From contig NJBF01000036.1 of assembly GCA_003144275.1 (NCBI GenBank), positions 1 to 32,000 on the forward strand: a stretch of 32,000 nt of DNA, in the 5' to 3' direction. The notes under the pieces are model-generated. The model ran no database searches. It had not been told where the DNA came from and saw nothing but the letters and a program-made list of their open reading frames with translations. A program made the position numbers and the translations under genes. Below, one piece after another: positions 17,042 through 25,947 of the stretch. The stretch is from Candidatus Heimdallarchaeota archaeon B3_Heim (lineage in GTDB: Archaea > Asgardarchaeota > Heimdallarchaeia > Hodarchaeales > Hodarchaeaceae). Every line of letters starts with the position of its first letter. Position 1 is the stretch's first letter.

Positions 17042-18076
17042 GTGAATCTATCAGTTTCAGGTCATTCACCTTCAAAAACGGATCTAGAGTTGGAAATTGA
17101 ACGTCTGTACGAGAAGATGAAAATATTACACTGGACAAAAGAGGATTGCGAGTTAATAGCGCCTCTTACTTGGGAAATTAATCATTTGAAGAAAGAGAAA
17201 GATGCTGTAATACTAGCTCATTCTTACCAGCTGCCTCAGATCATTTTTGGGGTGGCCGACTATGTGGGTGATAGTTACAGCCTCAGTCGTCAAGCTATGG
17301 ATGTTCAAGCAGACACCATCGTATTTTGCGGAGTGGAATTTATGGCAGAGACAGCTAAAATTCTTAATCCCGAGAAAAGAGTCTTACTACCGTCACTAAA
17401 AGCTGGATGTTCTTTAGCAGAAGGGATTTCAGTTGAAGATGTTAAGAATCTTCGAAACGAATATCCAGGGGTTCCCATTGCCTGCTATGTTAATACTTCC
17501 GCAGCAGTAAAAGCTGAATGTGATGTCTGTGTTACGAGCTCGAATGCGATTGAGATCATCAAAAAATTAGATTCTGATAAGGTCATTTTTGTGCCTGATA
17601 GACATATGATGAAAAACCTAGGACCATTAACAGGTAAAGATATCATCGGATGGGACGCTGAATGTATTGTACACGATCAATTTACTGGAGAACAGGTTCA
17701 ACAACTACGTTCAGAAAATGCTGGGATTAAAATTCTGGCTCACACTGAATGCGATCCTTCAGTTGTCCTTGAAGCTGACTACGTGGGTGGTACTAGTGGT
17801 ATGATTAAGTATGTCAGAACTTCAAATGAGGATAGCTACGCTTTAATCACAGAATGTGGATTATCCGATCGATTGAAGGTAGAATTCCCGAATAAAACAA
17901 TTTTAGGAAGCTGTGTGCTGTGTCCATATATGAAAGCGATAAATTTAGAGAATACGTTAGAAGTTCTTCGTTCTCCCCAACCTGAACAGATAATCGAAAT
18001 TCCTCTTGATATCGCATCACGCGCAAAAGCTTCTCTCAAAAAAATGTTTGAAATGACTTCAAGTCCTAGAAGTTAA
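17042..18076 (+). CDS. nadA: Quinolinate synthase A
   Basis: ILAHSYQ, ADYVGDS, FCGVEFMAETAKILNP, AGCSLA, YVNTSAAVKA, CIVH and CPYMK. GTG start follows GAGGT. Confidence 0.96.
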   Translation: MNLSVSGHSPSKTDLELEIERLYEKMKILHWTKEDCELIAPLTWEINHLKKEKDAVILAHSYQLPQIIFGVADYVGDSYSLSRQAMDVQADTIVFCGVEFMAETAKILNPEKRVLLPSLKAGCSLAEGISVEDVKNLRNEYPGVPIACYVNTSAAVKAECDVCVTSSNAIEIIKKLDSDKVIFVPDRHMMKNLGPLTGKDIIGWDAECIVHDQFTGEQVQQLRSENAGIKILAHTECDPSVVLEADYVGGTSGMIKYVRTSNEDSYALITECGLSDRLKVEFPNKTILGSCVLCPYMKAINLENTLEVLRSPQPEQIIEIPLDIASRAKASLKKMFEMTSSPRS

Positions 18077-18289
18077 GTAGGTAAAGACATTCCTTTTCAG
18101 GACTATTCTAACCTACAAATTAGTTTTAAGTGGGTATAACGGGAGGAATATCTCTACCGCTTATTAGAGCAAGCGAAAATCGGTTTTTATTTTCTCGATA
18201 CAAAAAAAGGAGGAAGAGGGTAGTTCTGGTTTTGATTTGCTTCATAAAGGCTAATAGCTAAGAAAATTAACTACAAGCTTAGATAATTT

Positions 18290-18745
18290 CTAAGAATCTA
18301 ATTCTGACTCAAGTATAGTTTTCAGATTATCTAGTTCTTTTTTCATTTGCTTATTCATTTGGCGTCGGAGTAAGGGCTTAAGAAGAATGAACGTGATTGA
18401 GGTGAGAATGTGATCAGAACCTGCATTAATATTATTAGTAATTGCAGTTTGGCCATCTACATCTTTTAGATCAAGCAAGTTTTCAAAAGGAAAGGGACCG
18501 TATGTAGATTTTACTCCAAATTGATATGGAGGGGAAAAATTAACAACTTCATATCCTATCTCATGGGTTTTTCCCGAATACATATAATTTCCCTCAAATA
18601 TCGATCCTATCCCCACAGATTCCTCTGAAATAAGTTTTGTTTCACTTGCACCATCTACCCAGCGGTCATTATTTTGAACATCAGTTATAAAAGAAAAAAC
18701 TTTTTCTATTGGTCTATTAATCATTATTGTTGCGGTTCCTTTCAT
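18290..18745 (-). CDS. SRPBCC/START-like (polyketide cyclase) family protein
   Basis: INRPIEKVFSFITD...W, VGIGS.F and QMKKELDNLKTILE patterns. ATG 18745 follows AGGTGG (track start 18754). Confidence 0.85.
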   Translation of the reverse strand: MKGTATIMINRPIEKVFSFITDVQNNDRWVDGASETKLISEESVGIGSIFEGNYMYSGKTHEIGYEVVNFSPPYQFGVKSTYGPFPFENLLDLKDVDGQTAITNNINAGSDHILTSITFILLKPLLRRQMNKQMKKELDNLKTILESELDS

Positions 18746-18935
18746 GAATACCACCTAATAAGTAAATTTGATCTTTATCATCCAATAGACAGTTTCTTAC
18801 AAAACTAATTTCAGTCTAGTCTTACGTTTATCGTCACAAGACATATTCAAGGAATTTTTCAAAAAAACACTGAAAATATGGAGTGAAAGGCCATTCTTCA
18901 CCCGAATATCTTTATTTTTTCAATCTTAATCGAGA

Positions 18936-19847
18936 TCATCTTTTGGTTGTTTTTTTATACAAATCGGCTAGTTCATCTATATCAAATTCTTCTAGAACTT
19001 CCTTCTGTTCACTTAGAGAACCAGTTTCATCCTTATCTAAAATGGCTCGTAATTTTTCATATTTGGTGCCTTTAATCAGATCTGGGTTTCGTAATTTTTC
19101 TCGTCCTTTGTCAGTAATTTTCCAGACTTGCTTAAAATCATCATATTCCAACTCACCTTTCGAACGTAATTTGCGAAGTAAACCCAAAATTTTATCCCGA
19201 TTGTATTCTACTTGGCCTGTGCGTGATATTATCTCAAGTTGACCTAAAATTGCTAATAATGGTAAGCCTAATTTCTTTTCTACAAGTATATCGAAGATAT
19301 ATATAGAAAGAAGCCTTGAAACACGGTCTTCAAGAGGAAATTTATCTCCTGTCAAGCATTCCTGAATCCACGTGAGTACTTGTTCGAAAGATTTGGGAAT
19401 TTTCCCTGTAGTGGAGAAAACACGATGTGGGAGATCATATCTATTTAACAGATCTAATTGATCAATAATCACTGAAGGATGAGTTCTTGCGATATCTACT
19501 TTGTTAAAAACAATAGCTAAAGGCTTACCTAACATCAGAGGATCGTTTAAAATTCTAAGGAATTCTCTCCGGACTTCAGGAAAACTTCCTTCTTCACTAC
19601 CATCAATAACAAATATACTCGCATCTACATGCTCCAAATATTCCTCAACGAACCTCCGTACCTCTTTTCTACCCCCAACCTCGATTATAGTAAAATTGGT
19701 TTTCCCATTGAGTATGATATCATAAGATTGATGAGCTGTTGATGGTATTCCTGGTTTAAACTCACTTTTTTGATAGGAATTTATGAGAGTAGATTTTCCG
19801 CTCCTTTCTAGCCCATATAAAAGTACCTGAATTGTATTCTTCAACAC
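18936..19847 (-). CDS. Arf-like small GTPase fused to a C-terminal winged-helix domain
   Basis: G1 GLERSGKST, G3 EVGGR, IFVIDGS, G4 NKVD; C-terminal LLRKLRSKGELEY...WKITDKGREKL pattern typical of a winged-helix wing. Confidence 0.85.
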   Translation of the reverse strand: MLKNTIQVLLYGLERSGKSTLINSYQKSEFKPGIPSTAHQSYDIILNGKTNFTIIEVGGRKEVRRFVEEYLEHVDASIFVIDGSEEGSFPEVRREFLRILNDPLMLGKPLAIVFNKVDIARTHPSVIIDQLDLLNRYDLPHRVFSTTGKIPKSFEQVLTWIQECLTGDKFPLEDRVSRLLSIYIFDILVEKKLGLPLLAILGQLEIISRTGQVEYNRDKILGLLRKLRSKGELEYDDFKQVWKITDKGREKLRNPDLIKGTKYEKLRAILDKDETGSLSEQKEVLEEFDIDELADLYKKTTKR

Positions 19848-19862
19848 TGTTCACTTATCATC

Positions 19863-20177
19863 TCATTCTATTCGTTCAATTTTAAAATATACTGGTCGAA
19901 ACCAATCGGTACAACCAACGATGTTACTATTTTCATCCACCATATGAGGAATATTTCCTCCATAAGCAAGCGTTAAAAGATCATGTCTTAAATCTGCCCA
20001 CGCCCATTCGCAAAAACCCTCTGGAGGTTTATATCGACTCTCTTTCGTAACTTTAAACTCTTGTCCATCCTTAAACCGTTCACAGGGTCTTATGTCATGA
20101 TATTTGTCCTTTACATACTCCTTTATTATATCACTATTAACAGTTCTTTTAATTACAGTTATTTTACAGTCATACAC
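19863..20177 (-). CDS. TIGR04076-family small Cys-containing protein
   Basis: CKITVIK, PCERFKDGQEF, PEGFCEWAW and CTDWFRPVYFKIERIE. Confidence 0.85.
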   Translation of the reverse strand: MYDCKITVIKRTVNSDIIKEYVKDKYHDIRPCERFKDGQEFKVTKESRYKPPEGFCEWAWADLRHDLLTLAYGGNIPHMVDENSNIVGCTDWFRPVYFKIERIE

Positions 20178-20340
20178 GCTCTTTTCACCAATAACAAATG
20201 AAAGTTTGTTTATACATTTAAAGAAGAATTTTGAAATAACAACTAGGTCAATCGTAAATAGCTCTTATAAAATCTACTCGATATAATCTCTATCGAGGAA
20301 AGTCAATAAACATTCTAAGAAGTAACTTGAGGAAATAAAA

Positions 20341-20733
20341 ATGAGCATTATTACATTAATTTCTGCATTTATAGCGATTCTAATCTTTATAGGCCTTAGT
20401 ATTTTTCAATTCTTACTTGTTCTAGGAAAACCATATGGAAAAGCAGCCTATGGAGGGAAATATGAGGTTCTACCAAACAATATGAGAATTTTAAGCGGAT
20501 TAGCTACCATCATATTCGTGATTGCATCATTTTTCGTAGCCGTTCGGGCTGAAATTCTTCTTAATTTTCCCTTTCCTGATTTAGCAAATTTTGGCGTATG
20601 GGTATTTGCATTTTATTTAGCTCTCAACACTGTAGCGAATTTCTTGTCTCAGAGTAAAATAGAAAAGCAAATTATGACTCCAATATCTTTGACAGCATGT
20701 ATCTGTCTTTTCTTAGTTGCTTTTAATCTCTGA
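20341..20733 (+). CDS. Conserved hypothetical membrane protein
   Basis: Four TM segments; QFLLVLGKPYGKAAYGG..VLP..MRI motif recognisable from a widespread uncharacterised family. Confidence 0.75.
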   Translation: MSIITLISAFIAILIFIGLSIFQFLLVLGKPYGKAAYGGKYEVLPNNMRILSGLATIIFVIASFFVAVRAEILLNFPFPDLANFGVWVFAFYLALNTVANFLSQSKIEKQIMTPISLTACICLFLVAFNL

Positions 20734-20912
20734 AAATCTGTAAACGGAATTGTGAAGAAGAATAGCCAGATTTATCAGACTTAAAAACTGATGAACGCTC
20801 AGAATTAATTGGGAGTAATTAACCGTCAGAAATACATAGAATCTATTTTCGTCGGTAAAGGAGAGTTAATCTAATGAAGACCACTTATCTTCTGGTTTAT
20901 TTATTCTATGAG

Positions 20913-21455
20913 CTAAGAATGGATTGTTGAAAGCTTAAGAAGAAGTTCATCCGCACTTGTTAATTTTGCAAAGTAACCATCGAGAATACTGTTGTGATGA
21001 TCAATTATCTGGGATGCTGAAAGATTTTTAGAAGACCATGTGCTGTGACAGTCTTTTACAAGCGTCACATTATATCCCAAACTAAATGCTCGTCTTATAG
21101 TCGTATCAATGCAATATTCTGTTTGAAGTCCAAGTACAATAACTTCTTTCGTGCTCATTGATTTTAATAATTTGTCTAAGTTTGTTTTATGGAAAGAATC
21201 AGGTGTAGTCTTCTGAAGAATGGATTCCTTCATTTGAGGTTTGATCTTTGGATGAATTTCCCACCCTTCAGATCCAGGTTCATCTGGATCATCTTTTCCA
21301 CCCATATTTTGAATGTAAATCACTTTACAATTTGCTTTTCTAGCTTCATACAGAATTTTTTTAGTATTTTCTAGTAAGAGGTCACCTTGAAATATTGGAG
21401 CTGATTCAACGAAGTTTCCAACCTGTAAATCAAGAATTAGCAACGCTATAGTCAT
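20913..21455 (-). CDS. Isochorismatase/cysteine hydrolase family protein
   Basis: ALLILDLQ, KTTPDSF and GLQTEYCIDTT give an Asp-Lys-Cys triad. Confidence 0.92.
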   Translation of the reverse strand: MTIALLILDLQVGNFVESAPIFQGDLLLENTKKILYEARKANCKVIYIQNMGGKDDPDEPGSEGWEIHPKIKPQMKESILQKTTPDSFHKTNLDKLLKSMSTKEVIVLGLQTEYCIDTTIRRAFSLGYNVTLVKDCHSTWSSKNLSASQIIDHHNSILDGYFAKLTSADELLLKLSTIHS

Positions 21456-21545
21456 TATACACCATCTTTTCCTGAGGTCAATTAAATTGTATTTTACGAT
21501 TAGATAATAAGAAGTACTTTATTCTGGAGATTCATAGGTCGGTCT

Positions 21546-21962
21546 ATGGCGGAATTAAAAACTAAAAAAAATGATCAAAATGTTGAAGAATTCCTGAATT
21601 CTGTCACTGATCCAAAAAAACGTGCTGATTCTTTTGAAGTCTTAAAACTAATGAAAGATGTCACAAAGGAAGAGCCCTGTATGTGGGGAAATAGTATTGT
21701 TGGTTTTGGAGATTATCATTATAAATATAAGAGCGGTCGGGAAGGTGATTGGTTCTTGATTGGATTTTCACCTCGCAAGCAGTATCTCACACTGTATATC
21801 GTGGCAGGTTTTGATCATTATGAAGATTTATTGGCAAAACTCGGAAAATACAAAACAGGAAAATCTTGTTTGTATCTCAAAAGACTTTCTGATGTGAATA
21901 GTGATATTCTAAAAACGTTAGCCAGTGAATCAGTGAAGTTTGTGAAAAATCGAGCTGATTAA
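21546..21962 (+). CDS. DUF1801 (YdhG-like) protein
   Basis: MAELKT, WGNSIVGFG.YHYKYKSGREGDW, GFSPRK and GKSCLY. Confidence 0.9.
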   Translation: MAELKTKKNDQNVEEFLNSVTDPKKRADSFEVLKLMKDVTKEEPCMWGNSIVGFGDYHYKYKSGREGDWFLIGFSPRKQYLTLYIVAGFDHYEDLLAKLGKYKTGKSCLYLKRLSDVNSDILKTLASESVKFVKNRAD

Positions 21963-22130
21963 AGTTTCCATTTGGTTTAAAAGCCTTAAAAGAGAAACCC
22001 TCTAAATTTACTCATTTTTGGTTGACTCATGATTGGCCAAATTCTTTACCCATTTGGACAATTAGCCATCGCATTATCAACTATAATATTACCGATATAG
22101 TAACAATTCCTCCCCTAAAATTAATCGATA

Positions 22131-22955
22131 CTAAAATGGCCGAGGGGGTAATTCATCCTTTATTCCCTCATAAAGCTGCGAATTGATTTTGTTTAACAAT
22201 GCCTCCAGGTAAGGTTTAATGTCATTATTGTAGAAAAATCGACACATCAATAGAAAATCTGTATTTTTCCCAATTCGCTTTATTATCCATCCCTCTCTAT
22301 CCATTTCTTCTGATTCATCAGTTTCAATCCTTATTGCCTCTAACCATAAGTCCTTTTCTGATGGAATAATTGGTATAAATGATTGAAATATTGCTCGTTC
22401 ATTTGGATCATTTGAACCAAAGTTCCTGATTATTCCTTCATCTAAATCGGCAATATACAGACTTAGGAACCGCATACCCATCATATTTTTTGCTTCAAAC
22501 CGATTAATTTCAGTAGTAATGTGTTTAGAGAGATGAGAGGGAAAATGTTGTGAAAATTGTATAATTTCTTTTATTCGGGTTTGTTCCGACAAAGGTATGA
22601 CATTTAGTCTTGAAAAATTGGAGTCTACAATTGATGAGAGAAAGACGTTCAAATTTCTATCGATAGCTTCGATTTTGGCTTTTGTATACCCCACATTATC
22701 AAAAATATCCTGTAATACAATATAGGCTATTGGTATAGTGTTTTCTTCTTTCGGATTGTACATTACTAATTGAAAATTAGCTAAATGAACACTACGTAAT
22801 TTACCTTCTCCTGCGAATTCTCTAGAGAAAGCAGTTAACGCACTCACCAAAGGCCAGAGGAGAGTAGGGTCCACTTTTAAATCAATATCATCATTCAAGA
22901 AAATTTCGTGTCCAATTCCAGTCTCAATGTTACAAATAGCAAAAAGATGAATCAT
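22131..22955 (-). CDS. Longin-like domain protein (Asgard type) with second alpha/beta domain
   Basis: N-terminal pattern VDPTLL..LVSALTAFSRE...LRSV.L..FQLV...IVLQDIFD resembles longin folds; recognised by pattern only. Confidence 0.6.
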   Translation of the reverse strand: MIHLFAICNIETGIGHEIFLNDDIDLKVDPTLLWPLVSALTAFSREFAGEGKLRSVHLANFQLVMYNPKEENTIPIAYIVLQDIFDNVGYTKAKIEAIDRNLNVFLSSIVDSNFSRLNVIPLSEQTRIKEIIQFSQHFPSHLSKHITTEINRFEAKNMMGMRFLSLYIADLDEGIIRNFGSNDPNERAIFQSFIPIIPSEKDLWLEAIRIETDESEEMDREGWIIKRIGKNTDFLLMCRFFYNNDIKPYLEALLNKINSQLYEGIKDELPPRPF

Positions 22956-23048
22956 TTTAGATGTTCACAACCCACACCTCGCTCCTTAACTTCTGCTGTT
23001 TAAATTATTAGCCCAAATTTTTGTCATAATCAACAGCTTTATTAGTTT

Positions 23049-23087
23049 GATATAGAACATTCCTATATCGTATTATCTTATATCGTA
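23049..23087. promoter_or_regulatory. Candidate MarR operator array
   Basis: GATATAG-N7-CTATATC perfect inverted repeat (23049-23069), plus direct repeat TATATCGTA at 23064 and 23079, immediately before ATG 23093. Confidence 0.5.
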
Positions 23088-23092
23088 CAAAT

Positions 23093-23572
23093 ATGAAAAA
23101 TCGATCCACGATGAATGAACAAGAAATGAAAGACTTTAGTATTAAATTAATGCGAGAAGCTAATGTTACGTGCTTCACAACTGTGGACGTAACTGGATAT
23201 CCTCATACGAGAGCAATATTCAATCTCAGAAATATAAAACAGTTCCCCACACTCGCTAAGATATTTGAAAATCAAAAGGAGGATCTTCTGATCTATATTT
23301 CCACAAATACATCATCTACCAAAGTGAAACATATCCGTACTAATACTGCGGTATCTCTCTGTTTTACAGACCCTGAAGATTTTAGAGGATTAACACTTGG
23401 TGGGGATATTGAAATTGTGACAGATGAGACGATAAAGAAGGAACTTTGGCTTGATTGGTGGGATAAGTATTACCCAAAAGGGATTGAAGATGAAGATTAT
23501 ACCATTCTCATGTTACAACCAAAAACCGTCGAGGTTTGGTATAAGGGTAAATTTAAATTTCAGTTTACGTGA
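23093..23572 (+). CDS. Pyridoxamine 5'-phosphate oxidase-like FMN-binding protein (general stress protein 26 type)
   Basis: TVDVTGYPHTRA, STNTSSTKVKHI..N..VSL and W..YYPKGIEDEDY. Confidence 0.88.
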   Translation: MKNRSTMNEQEMKDFSIKLMREANVTCFTTVDVTGYPHTRAIFNLRNIKQFPTLAKIFENQKEDLLIYISTNTSSTKVKHIRTNTAVSLCFTDPEDFRGLTLGGDIEIVTDETIKKELWLDWWDKYYPKGIEDEDYTILMLQPKTVEVWYKGKFKFQFT

Positions 23573-24036
23573 GTTTTATGAGTTCTATGAAAGAGCAAAG
23601 AGCAGCTGGTTACTTGATTGCAAAAATACATCAAAGAAGTGGACGTATCTTTGCGAAGAAGCTCAAAAAATACGATATTCATGACATTAATCCTGCTCAA
23701 GGAAGGATTCTATTTACTCTGTGGCAAAAGGATGGATTGTCCATTATAGAACTTTCTAAAGAAACAGGACTTAGTAAATCAACTTTAACTCCGATGTTGG
23801 ATCGTTTAGAAAAATCTGGACTCATTAAAAGAGTTCACTCTACAGAAGATAGAAGGAAGATTCTAGTCTTCATTACTGAGAAAAACAAAAGACTTCAATC
23901 AAATTATGTTTCAGTATCGAAAAAGATGACTGAAATTTTTTATAAGAATTTTACAAATGAAGAGAGAGATCAGTTTGAAATATATTTACGACGACTGCAT
24001 AACAATCTTCTAGAGGAAGAAACTCAGAAGTTATGA
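23569..24036 (+). CDS. MarR family transcriptional regulator
   Basis: INPAQGRILFTLWQKDG, LSKSTLTPMLDRLEKSGLIKR and EDRRKILV. Start overlaps the upstream stop (GTGA); may begin at a downstream ATG. Confidence 0.92.
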   Translation: MSFMSSMKEQRAAGYLIAKIHQRSGRIFAKKLKKYDIHDINPAQGRILFTLWQKDGLSIIELSKETGLSKSTLTPMLDRLEKSGLIKRVHSTEDRRKILVFITEKNKRLQSNYVSVSKKMTEIFYKNFTNEERDQFEIYLRRLHNNLLEEETQKL

Positions 24037-24165
24037 GTCGCAGATCCACATTTGGCACAGTACCGCTCGTTAAATTCAATAATAGCTCCATAAGGCGAAC
24101 AAAATTGATCTTCCTCAAAGGAAAATGAACAGACAATCGATCTAAATTACCTGGATAGTGAAAAT

Positions 24166-24726
24166 TTGATCTGGGCAAAATATCTTGATAGTAGGAATGA
24201 AATTAGGATTCTAGGTATAATTGAAGAACGATTACAGAGAAAAATTCCACTTCTTGATTCTCAAGTGAAATGGAATGATTTTGGAGTGTTTCTTCACAAC
24301 AAAGCCATTACTGGTTTCGGATTCTATTCTCAACAATTAAACGTTCTTCCAAACGAAATATGGGCCCTGAAGAACTTAGAAGTCCTTAATTTCGTGAATT
24401 GTGGATTGAATGAATTGTCCACAAAGATCGGATCTTTAATTTCATTAAAAGAACTCTATATTGGAGGAAATCAGCTTACAGTGATACCAAAATCAATTGA
24501 AACGTTAAATAATCTCCAGATTCTTTATATACTTGAAGATAACCTTTTTTCAATCCCTGAAGTAATTGGGAATCTCAGAAACTTGAACGAACTTGTTCTC
24601 TCCAGTAAATTTGTTAAAAAGCTTCCTCATTCAATAATTCAGTTAACCAGCAACACATGTAGTGTTTACTTAAATAACCAAGAAGTAATGATACCTGATT
24701 CGACTGATAAGAAAAGAAATCATTGA
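24166..24726 (+). CDS. Leucine-rich repeat protein (5' end uncertain)
   Basis: About five 23-residue LxxLPxxIxxLxxLxxLxLxxN-type repeats. Confidence 0.8.
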   Translation: MIWAKYLDSRNEIRILGIIEERLQRKIPLLDSQVKWNDFGVFLHNKAITGFGFYSQQLNVLPNEIWALKNLEVLNFVNCGLNELSTKIGSLISLKELYIGGNQLTVIPKSIETLNNLQILYILEDNLFSIPEVIGNLRNLNELVLSSKFVKKLPHSIIQLTSNTCSVYLNNQEVMIPDSTDKKRNH

Positions 24727-24783
24727 ATCGATAAAAAGAGAAAGAACTTTTCAAAATAAGTGTATAAATAGGGTGAAATGTAG

Positions 24784-25332
24784 GTGATTATTAGTCAAAA
24801 GAATCAGGTGATTCTTCGCCATGCCAAAGAGAAAGATTTTCCCCAAATCGATGAACTCACGATTATTTGTTACTCTGCTATTTATGAGAGCTTTGTAGAA
24901 ATGGTGGGAAAGGAAATTTATAAAGAAATGTATCATAAGCCGGATTTACCCTGGCCTAACAGCAAAACGATACAGAATCACAATTTATTCGCAGAGCATC
25001 CTGATTGGTTATGGGTTTTGGAAGAACAGGATATAATTTTCGGATTTGTATCCTTCAAGCTTAAGCCTGAGAAGAATTATGGAATTTTTGATAATAATGG
25101 AGTCCTACCTGCTTATGCAGGTAAAGGATGGGGGAAATTTATGTATCGACAGGTTTTAAAATTTTTTAGATCAACTGGCCTTAGATTTGCATTAGTAGAA
25201 ACTGGTCTAGATGATGCTCATATTCCAGCTCGTCGAGCTTACGAAGGAGTGGGATTTGATCATCAGGATCTCATTACCATGTATTATCAGGACTTAGATA
25301 AAAATAATCCTGGTTCTGAAATACAAGATTGA
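24784..25332 (+). CDS. GNAT family N-acetyltransferase
   Basis: LRHAKEKD, VLPAYAGKGWG acetyl-CoA motif and ARRAYEGVGF. GTG start 6 nt after GGTGA. Confidence 0.9.
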   Translation: MIISQKNQVILRHAKEKDFPQIDELTIICYSAIYESFVEMVGKEIYKEMYHKPDLPWPNSKTIQNHNLFAEHPDWLWVLEEQDIIFGFVSFKLKPEKNYGIFDNNGVLPAYAGKGWGKFMYRQVLKFFRSTGLRFALVETGLDDAHIPARRAYEGVGFDHQDLITMYYQDLDKNNPGSEIQD

Positions 25333-25345
25333 ATTTGGTGTACAG

Positions 25346-25819
25346 CTAGTAGGAATAGCTTATTTCCACTAATTCATTTCCACCTTCAATTCGTAATCGA
25401 ATGGTTGCTGAGTTCTCTCTATATAATTCCTTATACCGTTCTTTCAGTGGTGACAAATTAAAAACGAAAAGCTTTGTGAAAAATGCAGTACACATATCAT
25501 CATTTGCTTCATGACTAAAGAGGAGCGGTGTTTGGACTGGATAGGACTCTAACCACGTATCAGAAGCGATTAAACGAAAGATATGTTCTTCACATCCACC
25601 ACCATATGACCCATTAATTACTAACTTATTTCCTATGATGGAAACATCATTTATCAAAATATTATCTTGAGGAGCAGAGAGATACAAGGAGTTACTTACT
25701 ATTATATCCTCACTTTCAAGAAATAATATTGGGTTTATAATGAAAGCTCCAACAACAATCAATCCCAGGAGGCCAACAGTTATAATTGAACTTAGTACAA
25801 TTTTCAGTGATAAAAACAT
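25346..25819 (-). CDS. Membrane-anchored protein with YGGGC...H...ESYPVQ...H...DMC domain (NigD C-terminal-like, tentative)
   Basis: N-terminal TM segment; two cysteines in a motif recalled from bacterial exported proteins. Confidence 0.6.
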   Translation of the reverse strand: MFLSLKIVLSSIITVGLLGLIVVGAFIINPILFLESEDIIVSNSLYLSAPQDNILINDVSIIGNKLVINGSYGGGCEEHIFRLIASDTWLESYPVQTPLLFSHEANDDMCTAFFTKLFVFNLSPLKERYKELYRENSATIRLRIEGGNELVEISYSY

Positions 25820-25897
25820 AGAATCACCAATCTTTTTTCATTGATATTCTTCTTCATGACCATTTACCAATGAAACGATAAGTGCTTACTTGTGTGT

Positions 25898-25915
25898 GAA
25901 TAAACACCTTTATTC
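25898..25915. other. Perfect 7-bp hairpin/inverted repeat (terminator or operator candidate)
   Basis: GAATAAA-CACC-TTTATTC between the pgi stop and the next start. Confidence 0.3.
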
Positions 25916-25947
25916 GTCTTTCACCACACTTTGACTAAAAGTGAGCT

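Noticed and set aside
18077-18289. Weak stems (GTAGGT/ACCTAC and others) between nadA and the SRPBCC gene
   Set aside because: Short stems with large loops in a convergent gap; compatible with chance or ordinary termination signals.
20789-20830. Box C/D sRNA suggested by TGATGA (also at 3817)
   Set aside because: No CTGA D or D' boxes at guide distance downstream on the same strand.
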